NCBI GenBank assembly: GCA_043785945.1
Contig: JAYVWQ010000078.1
Span: forward strand, 1-33,690
Length of the DNA: 33,690 nucleotides
Source: Akkermansia sp.
GTDB taxonomy: Bacteria > Verrucomicrobiota > Verrucomicrobiia > Limisphaerales > SIBH01
Direction of reading: 5' to 3'
Under the pieces are notes generated by a model that was not told where the DNA came from, did not search any database, and was given only the letters and a program-made list of their open reading frames with translations. This document shows, piece by piece, positions 1-7,699 of this stretch. A program made the translations under genes and the position numbers. Position 1 is the stretch's first letter, and each line of letters starts with the position of its first letter.

Positions 1-1989
1 TACTTCACCACCGACCAGAGTGACCCGCGCGTGTATGGCAGCGGCGCGGTCGCGCCGGGCGCGCAGGCCTACGCCGCTCCGGTGCCGGTCAACGCACCGA
101 CCGTGGTGTGCGCGCGCGTCTTCGACGGCGCGACCTGGAGCGCGCTGGTTGAGGCGGTGTTTTATCCGCCGCAGGATTTCTCGAAGCTCGCGCTCACCGA
201 ACTGATGTATAACCCGCCGAGGCTCGGCGCGGTGGATGGCGACGAGTTTGAGTTCCTCGAGTTGAAGAACACGGGCACGAACACGCTGAACTTGTCCGGC
301 CTGAACTTCAGCGGGATTGGTTTCACGTTCACGAACGGCACCACGCTCGCGCCCGGAGAATTTGTCGTGCTCGTCCGCAATGCGCCGAGCTTCGCGTTCA
401 AATATCCCGCCGTGACGATCCACGGCACCTACACCGGTTCGCTGAACAACGGCGGCGAGAACATCGCGCTGCTGCACGCGCTGGGCGGGACGATCTTCTC
501 CGTGACCTACGACGACATCGCGCCGTGGCCGGTGGCGGCCGACGGCTTCGGCTTCTCGCTCGTCCCGGTAAATCCCGGCGCGACGCAGGCGCCCGATGAC
601 GGCGCAAAGTGGCGCGCGAGCACCGCATCCGGCGGCTCGCCCGGCGCGGATGATCCCCCGCCGGTCATCGCGCCGGTCTTGATCAATGAAGTGCTCACGC
701 ACACGGACTTGCCGGCGGTGGACCGCATCGAGCTGTTCAACCCGACGCTCGGCACCGTGAACATCGGCGGCTGGTTCCTCACGGACGATTCGGTGGTGCC
801 GAACAAATTCCGCATCCCGGACGGCACGATGATTTCCGCGCTGGGCTTCTTGAGCTTCGATGAAACGCAGTTCAATCCCACGCCGGGGACCAACGGCAGC
901 TTCTCGCTCGGTTCCGCCGGCGAGCAGGTCTATCTCATCTCCGGCGACGCGACCACGAATCTCACGGGCTGGTCGCACGGGTTCGCGTTCGGCGCGGCGG
1001 CGAATGGCGTGACCTTTGGCCGCCATGTGAACAGCGTGGGCGAAGAACAGTTCCCGGCGCAAATTTCCCAGACCTTCGACGCGACCAACTCCGGCCCGCG
1101 CACCGGGCCGCTGGTCATCAACGAGATTCACTACCATCCCGTGCTGGCCGCCGACGCGTTCGTGGAGTTGAAAAACATTTCCGCGACGAACGTGCCGCTC
1201 TATCACGCGCTGCTCCCCTTGAACACCTGGAAGGTCGAGGGCCTTGGCTTCACGTTTCCGCCCACGAACTTCTCGGTGCCGCCCGGCGGGTTGGTGCTGC
1301 TCGTGGCGAGCAACATCGCGAACTTCATCGCGGCCCACGCGGTGCCGCCGGGCGTCCCGGTCTTCAGCTACGCGGGACTCGGCTCGTTGCAGTTGAACGG
1401 TGAGCGCCTCTCGCTCACGCGCCCCGACAATCCCGACACCAACGGCACGCCCTACATCGTCGTGGACTCGGTGCGCTACAACGACAAGGCCCCGTGGCCG
1501 GCGGCGGCGGACGGCAGCGGCCCGTCGCTCCAGCGCAAGTATTCCAATCAATACGGCGACGACCCGATCAACTGGCAGGCCGCGACCGCGACGCCGGGCC
1601 GCGAGAACGCCGACGTGGACACCGACGGCGACGGATTGCCCGACTCATGGGAGATCGCCAACGGTACTAACCCGCTCGCACCTAACGCCAACGACGATCC
1701 CGACGGCGACGGTTTCACGAACGCGCAGGAGTATCTCGCCGGCACGCATCCGAACGATCCGGCGAGCCGCCTGCATGTGGAGAGTGTGAACCTGTCGGGC
1801 GGTGGCGGAGTGGAGTTCCAGTTCACCGCCGTGTCGAACCGCACCTTCACCGTGCAGTTTAAGGATTCACTCGACGTGTTGGGGTGGTCACCGCTGACCA
1901 ACCTCGCCGCCGCGCCGCAGACGCGCGTCATCCAAATCAGCGTCGCGCCCACGAACAGCGCACGCTTTTTCCGGCTGACCGCGCCGTAA
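1..1989 (+). CDS. Secreted lamin-tail-domain (LTD) repeat protein with C-terminal thrombospondin-type-3-like Asp-rich repeats; 5' end cut by the window edge
   Basis: Frame 1 is open from base 1, with no stop upstream of the first ATG at 31. Three LTD-like modules are present (LTELMYNPP..EFEFLELKNTG; VLINEVLTHT..RIELFNPT; LVINEIHYHP..FVELKNIS). Ca-binding type repeats DTDGDGLPDSWE and DDPDGDGFTNAQEY follow, then a terminal beta-rich domain. Confidence 0.8.
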   Translation, partial: YFTTDQSDPRVYGSGAVAPGAQAYAAPVPVNAPTVVCARVFDGATWSALVEAVFYPPQDFSKLALTELMYNPPRLGAVDGDEFEFLELKNTGTNTLNLSGLNFSGIGFTFTNGTTLAPGEFVVLVRNAPSFAFKYPAVTIHGTYTGSLNNGGENIALLHALGGTIFSVTYDDIAPWPVAADGFGFSLVPVNPGATQAPDDGAKWRASTASGGSPGADDPPPVIAPVLINEVLTHTDLPAVDRIELFNPTLGTVNIGGWFLTDDSVVPNKFRIPDGTMISALGFLSFDETQFNPTPGTNGSFSLGSAGEQVYLISGDATTNLTGWSHGFAFGAAANGVTFGRHVNSVGEEQFPAQISQTFDATNSGPRTGPLVINEIHYHPVLAADAFVELKNISATNVPLYHALLPLNTWKVEGLGFTFPPTNFSVPPGGLVLLVASNIANFIAAHAVPPGVPVFSYAGLGSLQLNGERLSLTRPDNPDTNGTPYIVVDSVRYNDKAPWPAAADGSGPSLQRKYSNQYGDDPINWQAATATPGRENADVDTDGDGLPDSWEIANGTNPLAPNANDDPDGDGFTNAQEYLAGTHPNDPASRLHVESVNLSGGGGVEFQFTAVSNRTFTVQFKDSLDVLGWSPLTNLAAAPQTRVIQISVAPTNSARFFRLTAP

Positions 1990-2016
1990 CCTTGTCGGCC
2001 TTGACACCTACAAGGT
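1989..2016. terminator. Hairpin between convergent genes (7-bp perfect stem ACCTTGT/ACAAGGT, 14-nt loop); possible bidirectional terminator
   Basis: The inverted repeat is read directly, overlapping the TAA stop of the LTD gene (1987-1989), in the gap before the convergent DUF1501 gene. There is no clear U-tract. Confidence 0.25.
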
Positions 2017-2093
2017 GATCCGCACTCCGTGGATCAATCCGGCGAAGTCGCCATTCCCACCGTCCTGGGGCATCCGAAAAAGTGGGATGGCTG

Positions 2094-3401
2094 CTAAACC
2101 TCTTCCAACGCCTTCGCCGCATCACCGAACTTCGGGAGGCGCACGTTCATCTTGTCCATCATCGAGAGGTAGAGCCGGCACATCTGGCGCTCGGACTTCT
2201 CCTTGTAGTCGAGGATGCGCCCGCCCTTGAGGCGTCCGCCAGCGCCGCCGAGCAGCACGACGGGGAGCTGATCGTTGTTGTGATTGCCCGTCATCATGCT
2301 GGAGCAATACATCAGCATCGTGTTGTCGAGCAGTGTGCGTTCGCCTTCCTGAATGCCGTCCAGCTTGCGCGCGATGTAGGCGACCTGTTCGAGGAAGAAC
2401 TGGTTCACCTTCAGCCAGTCCGCCGTGTCGCTGTGCGAGAGCAGATGGTGAATCATGTAATCCACGCCGAGGTTCGGGAAACGCAGCGAGCTGTGATCGT
2501 TGTTCAGCTTGAGCGTCGTGATGCGCGTGGTGTCGGTCTGGAAACCCAGCACGAGGATGTCGCACATCAGCTTCATGTGCTCCGCGATGTCCTGCGGGAT
2601 GCCGTCGGCGGGACGCGGAATGTTCGGCGCGCTGAGCGTCGGACGCCAGCCCTGCAACTCGCCCTTCTTGCCGGCGTTCTCGATGCGCTGCTCCACATCG
2701 CGCACGGAATCGAGATACTCGTCGAGCTTGCGCTGGTCATTTGCGCTGATGTGACGGCGCAGGTCCGTCGCATCCGTCATCACGGCGTCGAGCACGCTCT
2801 TGTCGCCCTTGCTCACCGAGTCTTTGAACAGCCGGTCAAACGCGAGCGCGGGATAAACTTCCAGCGGCGTCGGCGTGGTCGGCGAGGTCCACGAAATGTG
2901 GGAGCTGTAGAGCATCGAGTAATTCTTGTGGACGGACGGATTCGACTTCTCGCAACCCAGCACCAGGCTCGGCACCTTGGTCGAGCGACCGTAAGTTTGC
3001 GCCATCAACTGGTCGATGCTCGTGCCGGACCGAATCTCGCCGCCGGATGCCAGCGGCGCGCCGGAAAGCAGGTTGCCCGTCTGCGAGCTATGGATGTTGC
3101 CCTTCGTGGACTCGTCGTTGTAGAGGCCGCGCACGAACAGCATCTTCTCGCGGAAATCGTTCAGCGGCGCGAGCACCTTGCCGAGCTCCATCTGCTTGCC
3201 CTCGCCCTTGGCCCACCATTCCTTCGAGTGAAAGCCGTTGCCGGAAAACAGCACGGCCAGACGCACGGGCGCTTCACTGGCGGGCTTGACCCCGGCGGGC
3301 GGCGTGTCACCCCAGACGTTGAGCGATTCCATCCACGGCAGCGCCATGGTGACGCCGACGCCGCGGAGAAACGTGCGACGGGAGAATTGGTGTGTGGTCA
3401 T
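2094..3401 (-). CDS. DUF1501 family (sulfatase-like) protein with twin-arginine signal
   Basis: The ORF is 2094..3467. I prefer the internal ATG at 3401, giving MTTHQFSRRTFLRGVGVTMALPW (Tat-type SRRxFL motif). The full-length pattern is typical of the PVC-group DUF1501 family (..FSGNGFH..LGCE..TTLKLNNDHS..GGAGG..). Confidence 0.9.
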   Translation of the reverse strand: MTTHQFSRRTFLRGVGVTMALPWMESLNVWGDTPPAGVKPASEAPVRLAVLFSGNGFHSKEWWAKGEGKQMELGKVLAPLNDFREKMLFVRGLYNDESTKGNIHSSQTGNLLSGAPLASGGEIRSGTSIDQLMAQTYGRSTKVPSLVLGCEKSNPSVHKNYSMLYSSHISWTSPTTPTPLEVYPALAFDRLFKDSVSKGDKSVLDAVMTDATDLRRHISANDQRKLDEYLDSVRDVEQRIENAGKKGELQGWRPTLSAPNIPRPADGIPQDIAEHMKLMCDILVLGFQTDTTRITTLKLNNDHSSLRFPNLGVDYMIHHLLSHSDTADWLKVNQFFLEQVAYIARKLDGIQEGERTLLDNTMLMYCSSMMTGNHNNDQLPVVLLGGAGGRLKGGRILDYKEKSERQMCRLYLSMMDKMNVRLPKFGDAAKALEEV

Positions 3402-3436
3402 AGGCTTTAATGAGTTGTGAGATTCATAACACAATT

Positions 3437-3454
3437 GACGGTGAACCCACCGTC
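3437..3454 (-). terminator. Stem-loop (GACGGTG-aacc-CACCGTC) downstream of the yhcG-like gene
   Basis: Perfect 7-bp stem with a 4-nt loop, located between the stop at 3507 and the DUF1501 start at 3401. The trailing T-tract on the minus strand is weak (aattgtgtt). Confidence 0.3.
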
Positions 3455-3506
3455 GGTCGTTCAACAAACTTCCGGGTGCGCTGTTCCAGACTGAACGTCG
3501 CCAAAA

Positions 3507-4820
3507 TCATTTCCCGCCTCCGCTGGCCTTGGACTCTCCCAACTCCCGCTCCAGTTCTTCCACCGTCGGCAACGAACCGCGCAGCTTCTTGGGCAACGAC
3601 TCCACCAGCCGCGTCTGCCATTCCGCCACCCCGATGGGCTTCTTCACGTCGCGCAGGGCATACTCGATCTTGAGCTTGTTCCGGCTGTCCTTGCACAGCA
3701 ACAGGCCGATGGTCGGCGCGTCATCGGGATGCCGCATCTGGTCATCCACGGCGGAAAGATAGAAATTCATCTTGCCCGCGAACTCCGGCTCGAACGGCTT
3801 CATCTTCAAGTCCACCACCACGAAGCAGCGCAGCCGCAGATGGTAGAACAACAGGTCGAGCGAGTATTCGTCACCGCCAACTTCGATCCGAACCTGCCGC
3901 CCGACGAACGAGAACCCCGCGCCCAGCTCCAGCAGGAACTGCTGAATGTGCTGCACCAGCCCGCGCTCCAAATCCCGCTCCTGCGCCTCCTCAGACAGCG
4001 AGAGAAAGTCGAACGTGTAAGGATCCTTCAACGCCTCCCGCGCCAGGTCCGACTGCGCCGGCGGCAGTGTGCGGTCGAAGTTCGTGATGGCCTTCCCGCT
4101 GCGCTCGTGCAGCCGCGATTCGATTTGCACCGTCAGCACCGTGCGGCTCCAGCCGTGCTCCAGCGTCTTGCGCGCATACCAGAGGCGAGTAGCTGGGTCT
4201 TTGAGCTTGTGCAGCAAGATGAGATTCGTGCTCCACGGCAGCAACGCGAGCGGTTCCGGGGGACTATCGAATTGTGTCACGGGCTGTGACACAAGTTCTG
4301 AAACAGGCTGTTTCACAATTTGAGCGGCGGCCTGCTGCCCTTTTGCCTTCGGCAATTTTATCACGGGCTGTGATAAAATTGGCTCAACGACCGGCTCGCT
4401 CTCCACTCCTTGAGATTTTGTCACAGGCTGTGACAAAATTGGGCCGGCCAATTGTCTGACGGGCTGTTGGACTATTTCGAGAGGTTCCCATGCCGCGTAG
4501 AAGCCGAGCATCCGGTGAAGGTTTGGGGCGGAGAACCCCTTCATCTCCGGAAACTCCGCCGCCAAATCCTTCGCCAGCCGCTGCACGACCTTCGTACCCC
4601 AGCCCTCCGCCTTCTGCGCCCGCAGAATCTCCCGCCCGATCTGCCAGTAGAGCAGAATCAACTCGCGATTCACCGACAGCGCCGCCTTCACCTGCGCCGC
4701 GCGCACGCGGGCTTTCAGATCGGCCAGCAGCGGGGCGTAGCTGGAGGGCATAGCTATCGGTGTCGGCAGCAGCAAAGCGTTGGCTGCGGTTTTAGCGTTT
4801 GCTCTTCGGTTAGATGCCAT
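3507..4820 (-). CDS. YhcG/DUF1016 family PD-(D/E)xK nuclease-domain protein
   Basis: I prefer the start MASNRR at 4820. The N-terminal YhcG-type helical domain is present (ELILLYWQIGREIL..GWGTKVVQRLAKDL..FPEMKGFSAPNL..M..FY). The C-terminal nuclease core reads YSLDLLFYHLRLRCFVVVDLK. The central linker is made of repeated xxQPVxx units. Confidence 0.85.
   Translation of the reverse strand: MASNRRANAKTAANALLLPTPIAMPSSYAPLLADLKARVRAAQVKAALSVNRELILLYWQIGREILRAQKAEGWGTKVVQRLAKDLAAEFPEMKGFSAPNLHRMLGFYAAWEPLEIVQQPVRQLAGPILSQPVTKSQGVESEPVVEPILSQPVIKLPKAKGQQAAAQIVKQPVSELVSQPVTQFDSPPEPLALLPWSTNLILLHKLKDPATRLWYARKTLEHGWSRTVLTVQIESRLHERSGKAITNFDRTLPPAQSDLAREALKDPYTFDFLSLSEEAQERDLERGLVQHIQQFLLELGAGFSFVGRQVRIEVGGDEYSLDLLFYHLRLRCFVVVDLKMKPFEPEFAGKMNFYLSAVDDQMRHPDDAPTIGLLLCKDSRNKLKIEYALRDVKKPIGVAEWQTRLVESLPKKLRGSLPTVEELERELGESKASGGGK
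4272..4439. repeat. Array of dyad-symmetric repeats centred on (G/A)GGCT inside the yhcG-like CDS
   Basis: Perfect palindromes are read directly. 4272..4294 has 9-bp arms, 4299..4315 has 6-bp arms, 4354..4380 has 11-bp arms (AATTTTATCAC-GGGCT-GTGATAAAATT) and 4415..4439 has 10-bp arms. A degenerate copy lies near 4455..4470. Confidence 0.8.
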
Positions 4821-4849
4821 GGTTTCAGAGTTTCGTTCGGCGGATGAAA

Positions 4850-6571
4850 TCACTCCTGACTCGCGTCCGCCTCACTCTCGCGCAAGTGGTATTTCTGCTG
4901 TTCCTCGGGCGTCATCTTCTCATACGCCAGCGTCTCGCGGTATTCGCGCGCCTCGGCAGTCATCGTGAAGGTCGCCTCCAGTTTTCTCTCCACGACGAAT
5001 TCCCGCAGGCGTTGAATCGGCACGCGGAAAAACTCTTTGCGGTAGTTCACCTTGTTCACGCGCAAATCATCGAACCGCTCGTGCAACAGCCGCTCCAAGG
5101 CCGGCGCGTCGTCGCAGCGGATCATCGCGTGAACATCGAAACTGAACGGGACGGAAGCATCGCTCAGTTCTTTGATGCGATCGTCTGGCTCCAGACGGCG
5201 GGTCATGCCGATCTTGAGCATGTCCTCCCCGAATGAGCCGACGTTCGAGATGATGTAAACGTGGCCGCTGCGGGTCTGCTGCGCCATTGAGAGGGCGCGC
5301 TGGTTCTTCGCCTCCGCCTCGATGAGCTTCTGGTTCAGTTCGGCCAGTTGCGCTTCGAACTTGGCGCGGTCTTGGGCGTTGGCATGAGCGGCTTCCGCGC
5401 GTGCTCTGTCCATCGCCTTGCGGATGGTCTCCTCTTCCTTGGCGGCCTCCTGCATCGCCCGTTCGTAATCCCGCCGCGCCTTTTCCTCCTCGCGAATCTG
5501 CTCCTGAATCCGGCGCTGCTCCTCGCGTTCCTTGAGCCTGAGTTCCTGCACGACGACGGCCCAGCGAAGTTCGGCGAGGCGAGCGTCGCAATAGGCCGGG
5601 AGCACGCGCGCGTTGCGGAACGCTTCGCCGTTGAGGTTCACGAGGCTAAACGTGTCTCGAATCTCCTGCTCCAGCGTGCCGATGTTGTCGTGCTTCACGC
5701 GTGAGAGAATCGCATCCACGCGACCATTGAACGCATCGGTCACGAAGCGGATGGCGGTTTCACGCCGGTTGGCTTCGGCGTAATCGCACTCTGCCGCCAA
5801 CCTCTCCGCAACCATGCGCCGGGATTGCTCCCGCGCCGCGCGCAATGCCTCGCCCGCTGCCGTGTGCCCGAAGTCGGACGCCAGTTCGTCGAGCAGGCTG
5901 TGAGTCGGAATGATGTAGCGGTCGCCATAGCCCTCGATGACGTTGTGAATCGCCTTCACGGCTTGCTCAAGCATCTGCTTGTCGCGTAGCGCCGTGTAGG
6001 CGTCACCACCGATTTGCTGCGCCTGCGCTTCGGCGACGGCGACGATGCGCCCGGCATCACGGGTCGCCTGCGCCAGCAACGCGTCCGCCTGATCGTAAAG
6101 TTCCTTCGCGCGCTGATGCCCTTGCTTGCGCTCATCCAAGGCCACCCGCCGTGACTGCTCCATCAAGGCTTGCGCCTCTGTGCGCAATGCGGCGGCTTCC
6201 GTGAGCGCGCTGGAAAGCGTGGCGCGAACTTCCGCCTCGGATTGCTGGCGCGCGGCCAGCGCGCGCAGCGGGTCCAATTCCGCCCGTGCTTTCACCAAGT
6301 CAGCGTGAATGTCTTCGATGATTTTGCGCGATTCAGTCTCGTAGTGTTCGCGAATGCGCTGCGCTTCGGCATCCAGTTCAGCAGTCTTTCGATCAATCGT
6401 GCTTTGTGCATTCGCTGTGGCCGTTGCCGCTTCTGCACCGAGTCGGGCAATTTCATCAGCGGCGCGCTCACGTTCGCTGGCAAGTGCCTTCTCAGCCTTC
6501 TGCTTCAGGAAAAAGAGAACGGCGGCAATCGCGCTTGCGATGCAGAAGAGAATGAAAAAGAGCGTGCTCAT
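4850..6571 (-). CDS. DUF4041 domain protein with C-terminal T5orf172 (GIY-YIG-superfamily, MUG113-like) domain and N-terminal TM helix
   Basis: N-terminal TM helix MSTLFFILFCIASAIAAVLFFL, followed by a long coiled coil. A DUF4041-like core is present (DAFNGRVDAILSRVKHDNIGTLEQEI...LKEREEQRRIQEQIREEEKA). The T5orf172 signature reads GHVYIISNVGSFGEDMLKIGMTRRLEPDDRIKELSDASVPFSFDVHAMI. Confidence 0.85.
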   Translation of the reverse strand: MSTLFFILFCIASAIAAVLFFLKQKAEKALASERERAADEIARLGAEAATATANAQSTIDRKTAELDAEAQRIREHYETESRKIIEDIHADLVKARAELDPLRALAARQQSEAEVRATLSSALTEAAALRTEAQALMEQSRRVALDERKQGHQRAKELYDQADALLAQATRDAGRIVAVAEAQAQQIGGDAYTALRDKQMLEQAVKAIHNVIEGYGDRYIIPTHSLLDELASDFGHTAAGEALRAAREQSRRMVAERLAAECDYAEANRRETAIRFVTDAFNGRVDAILSRVKHDNIGTLEQEIRDTFSLVNLNGEAFRNARVLPAYCDARLAELRWAVVVQELRLKEREEQRRIQEQIREEEKARRDYERAMQEAAKEEETIRKAMDRARAEAAHANAQDRAKFEAQLAELNQKLIEAEAKNQRALSMAQQTRSGHVYIISNVGSFGEDMLKIGMTRRLEPDDRIKELSDASVPFSFDVHAMIRCDDAPALERLLHERFDDLRVNKVNYRKEFFRVPIQRLREFVVERKLEATFTMTAEAREYRETLAYEKMTPEEQQKYHLRESEADASQE

Positions 6572-7584
6572 GATTCTGACGGATTCGTTTCCAGTGGCGT
6601 TTGTGTCTCTGATTTCTGTGTCTTCAGTTTCGCGGAGATTTCAGCTCGCAGTTCGCGCACACGAACCAACGCATCGGACAGACCGCATTGGGTTGGATCC
6701 TCTCCGGCAATGTCTGCCGGTTGCAGTGGGGCAACAGCCACAAACTCCGCCGACTTCCGTGAAGCCATCACGTCGCCACGATGGGTGAAGTTTTCTATCG
6801 AGTCCGAGGGATCGAGCCGCGAGAAATCCAGCCGCTCCAGCGCCGGGCGCGGAATCGCGACGGACAAGATTGGCATTTCCACGTTTGCCCCCGTGCTGGT
6901 TTGCACGGTTGAGACCTTGGCCGTGACGATGACGGCATCCACCGGCAGCAACGCGAGCACTTCCCGCGCGGCTCGCAGCACACAGCCGCAGACGTAATCC
7001 TGATACACTTCGTGAAAGCGCGCCTTGGGCATGGACTTCACCGAGAGCTTGCCCGCCGCCGTGAGCGACTTCACCTCCGCCGGAATCGCGTCGCGGCCAT
7101 TCACCATCAACTCACATTCGATGAGCTTGGGATGTTGAACGCGGAAGGCAATCGAGGAACCGAGCGTGGACAATTCGCCGAAGGCCGAAAGCTCCCGGAG
7201 CGCCTCACCGTAAGCCTGCTCGTCGCCCGCCAGGACGCGTTTGGCCAGTGCCCGCATCTTCGACCACTCCGCGCGCTCCTGTTCGTAAGCCGTCGAATCC
7301 GCACTCATCGGCGCGTGCGGCGGAAGCGCACACAGCGGTTCCATCCAATCGAACTTGGGGCTGGCCTCCTTGTGAATCGAAAGAAGCACTTCGAGGGAAT
7401 TTTCAAACGTCTCAACCTCCAGACGCGCCTGCTCTTGCGCGGAGAGCTTCGCCTGATCCTTGAACATCCGCGCGAGTTCCTTCTGCCGTTTCAGCGACGC
7501 CCGCTCGTCGCGTTTGCGAGCGGCTTCCATGCGCTTCTGTGCGGCGGCCCAACTCATATTTATGGGAGGCCAGTTGGATTCCAT
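6568..7584 (-). CDS. Hypothetical protein translationally coupled to the DUF4041/T5orf172 gene
   Basis: The stop overlaps the downstream start by 4 nt (6568..6571). The ORF-track start at 7659 is a TTG. In-frame ATGs at 7584 (MESNW) and 7557 (MSWAAAQ) are more plausible. It has an N-terminal charged coiled-coil segment and a C-terminal globular part (..YQDYVCGCVLRAAREVLALLPVDAVIVTA..). I recognise no family. Confidence 0.55.
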   Translation of the reverse strand: MESNWPPINMSWAAAQKRMEAARKRDERASLKRQKELARMFKDQAKLSAQEQARLEVETFENSLEVLLSIHKEASPKFDWMEPLCALPPHAPMSADSTAYEQERAEWSKMRALAKRVLAGDEQAYGEALRELSAFGELSTLGSSIAFRVQHPKLIECELMVNGRDAIPAEVKSLTAAGKLSVKSMPKARFHEVYQDYVCGCVLRAAREVLALLPVDAVIVTAKVSTVQTSTGANVEMPILSVAIPRPALERLDFSRLDPSDSIENFTHRGDVMASRKSAEFVAVAPLQPADIAGEDPTQCGLSDALVRVRELRAEISAKLKTQKSETQTPLETNPSES

Positions 7585-7699
7585 GCCACCGCGAAACTGG
7601 TGGCATCCTTCCAAACGAGTTCGACTGTGAGCGGCTTCGGCATAGTCTCTATTTGTCAAGAATGCTCATTCTTCGCACTGCAAGCCAGAAGCAATCTGG

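Noticed and set aside
2082-3410. 442-aa plus-strand ORF opposite the DUF1501 gene
   Set aside because: It is an antisense shadow ORF in high-GC DNA. The translation is Arg/Ala/His/Val-rich with no protein-like motifs, while the minus-strand product is a clear DUF1501 family member.
7658-7673. Small palindrome AAGAATG-CT-CATTCTT just downstream of the giant gene stop
   Set aside because: The effective stem is only 6 bp, with no U-tract. It overlaps the doubtful TTG start of the next ORF. This is too weak to call a terminator or an operator.
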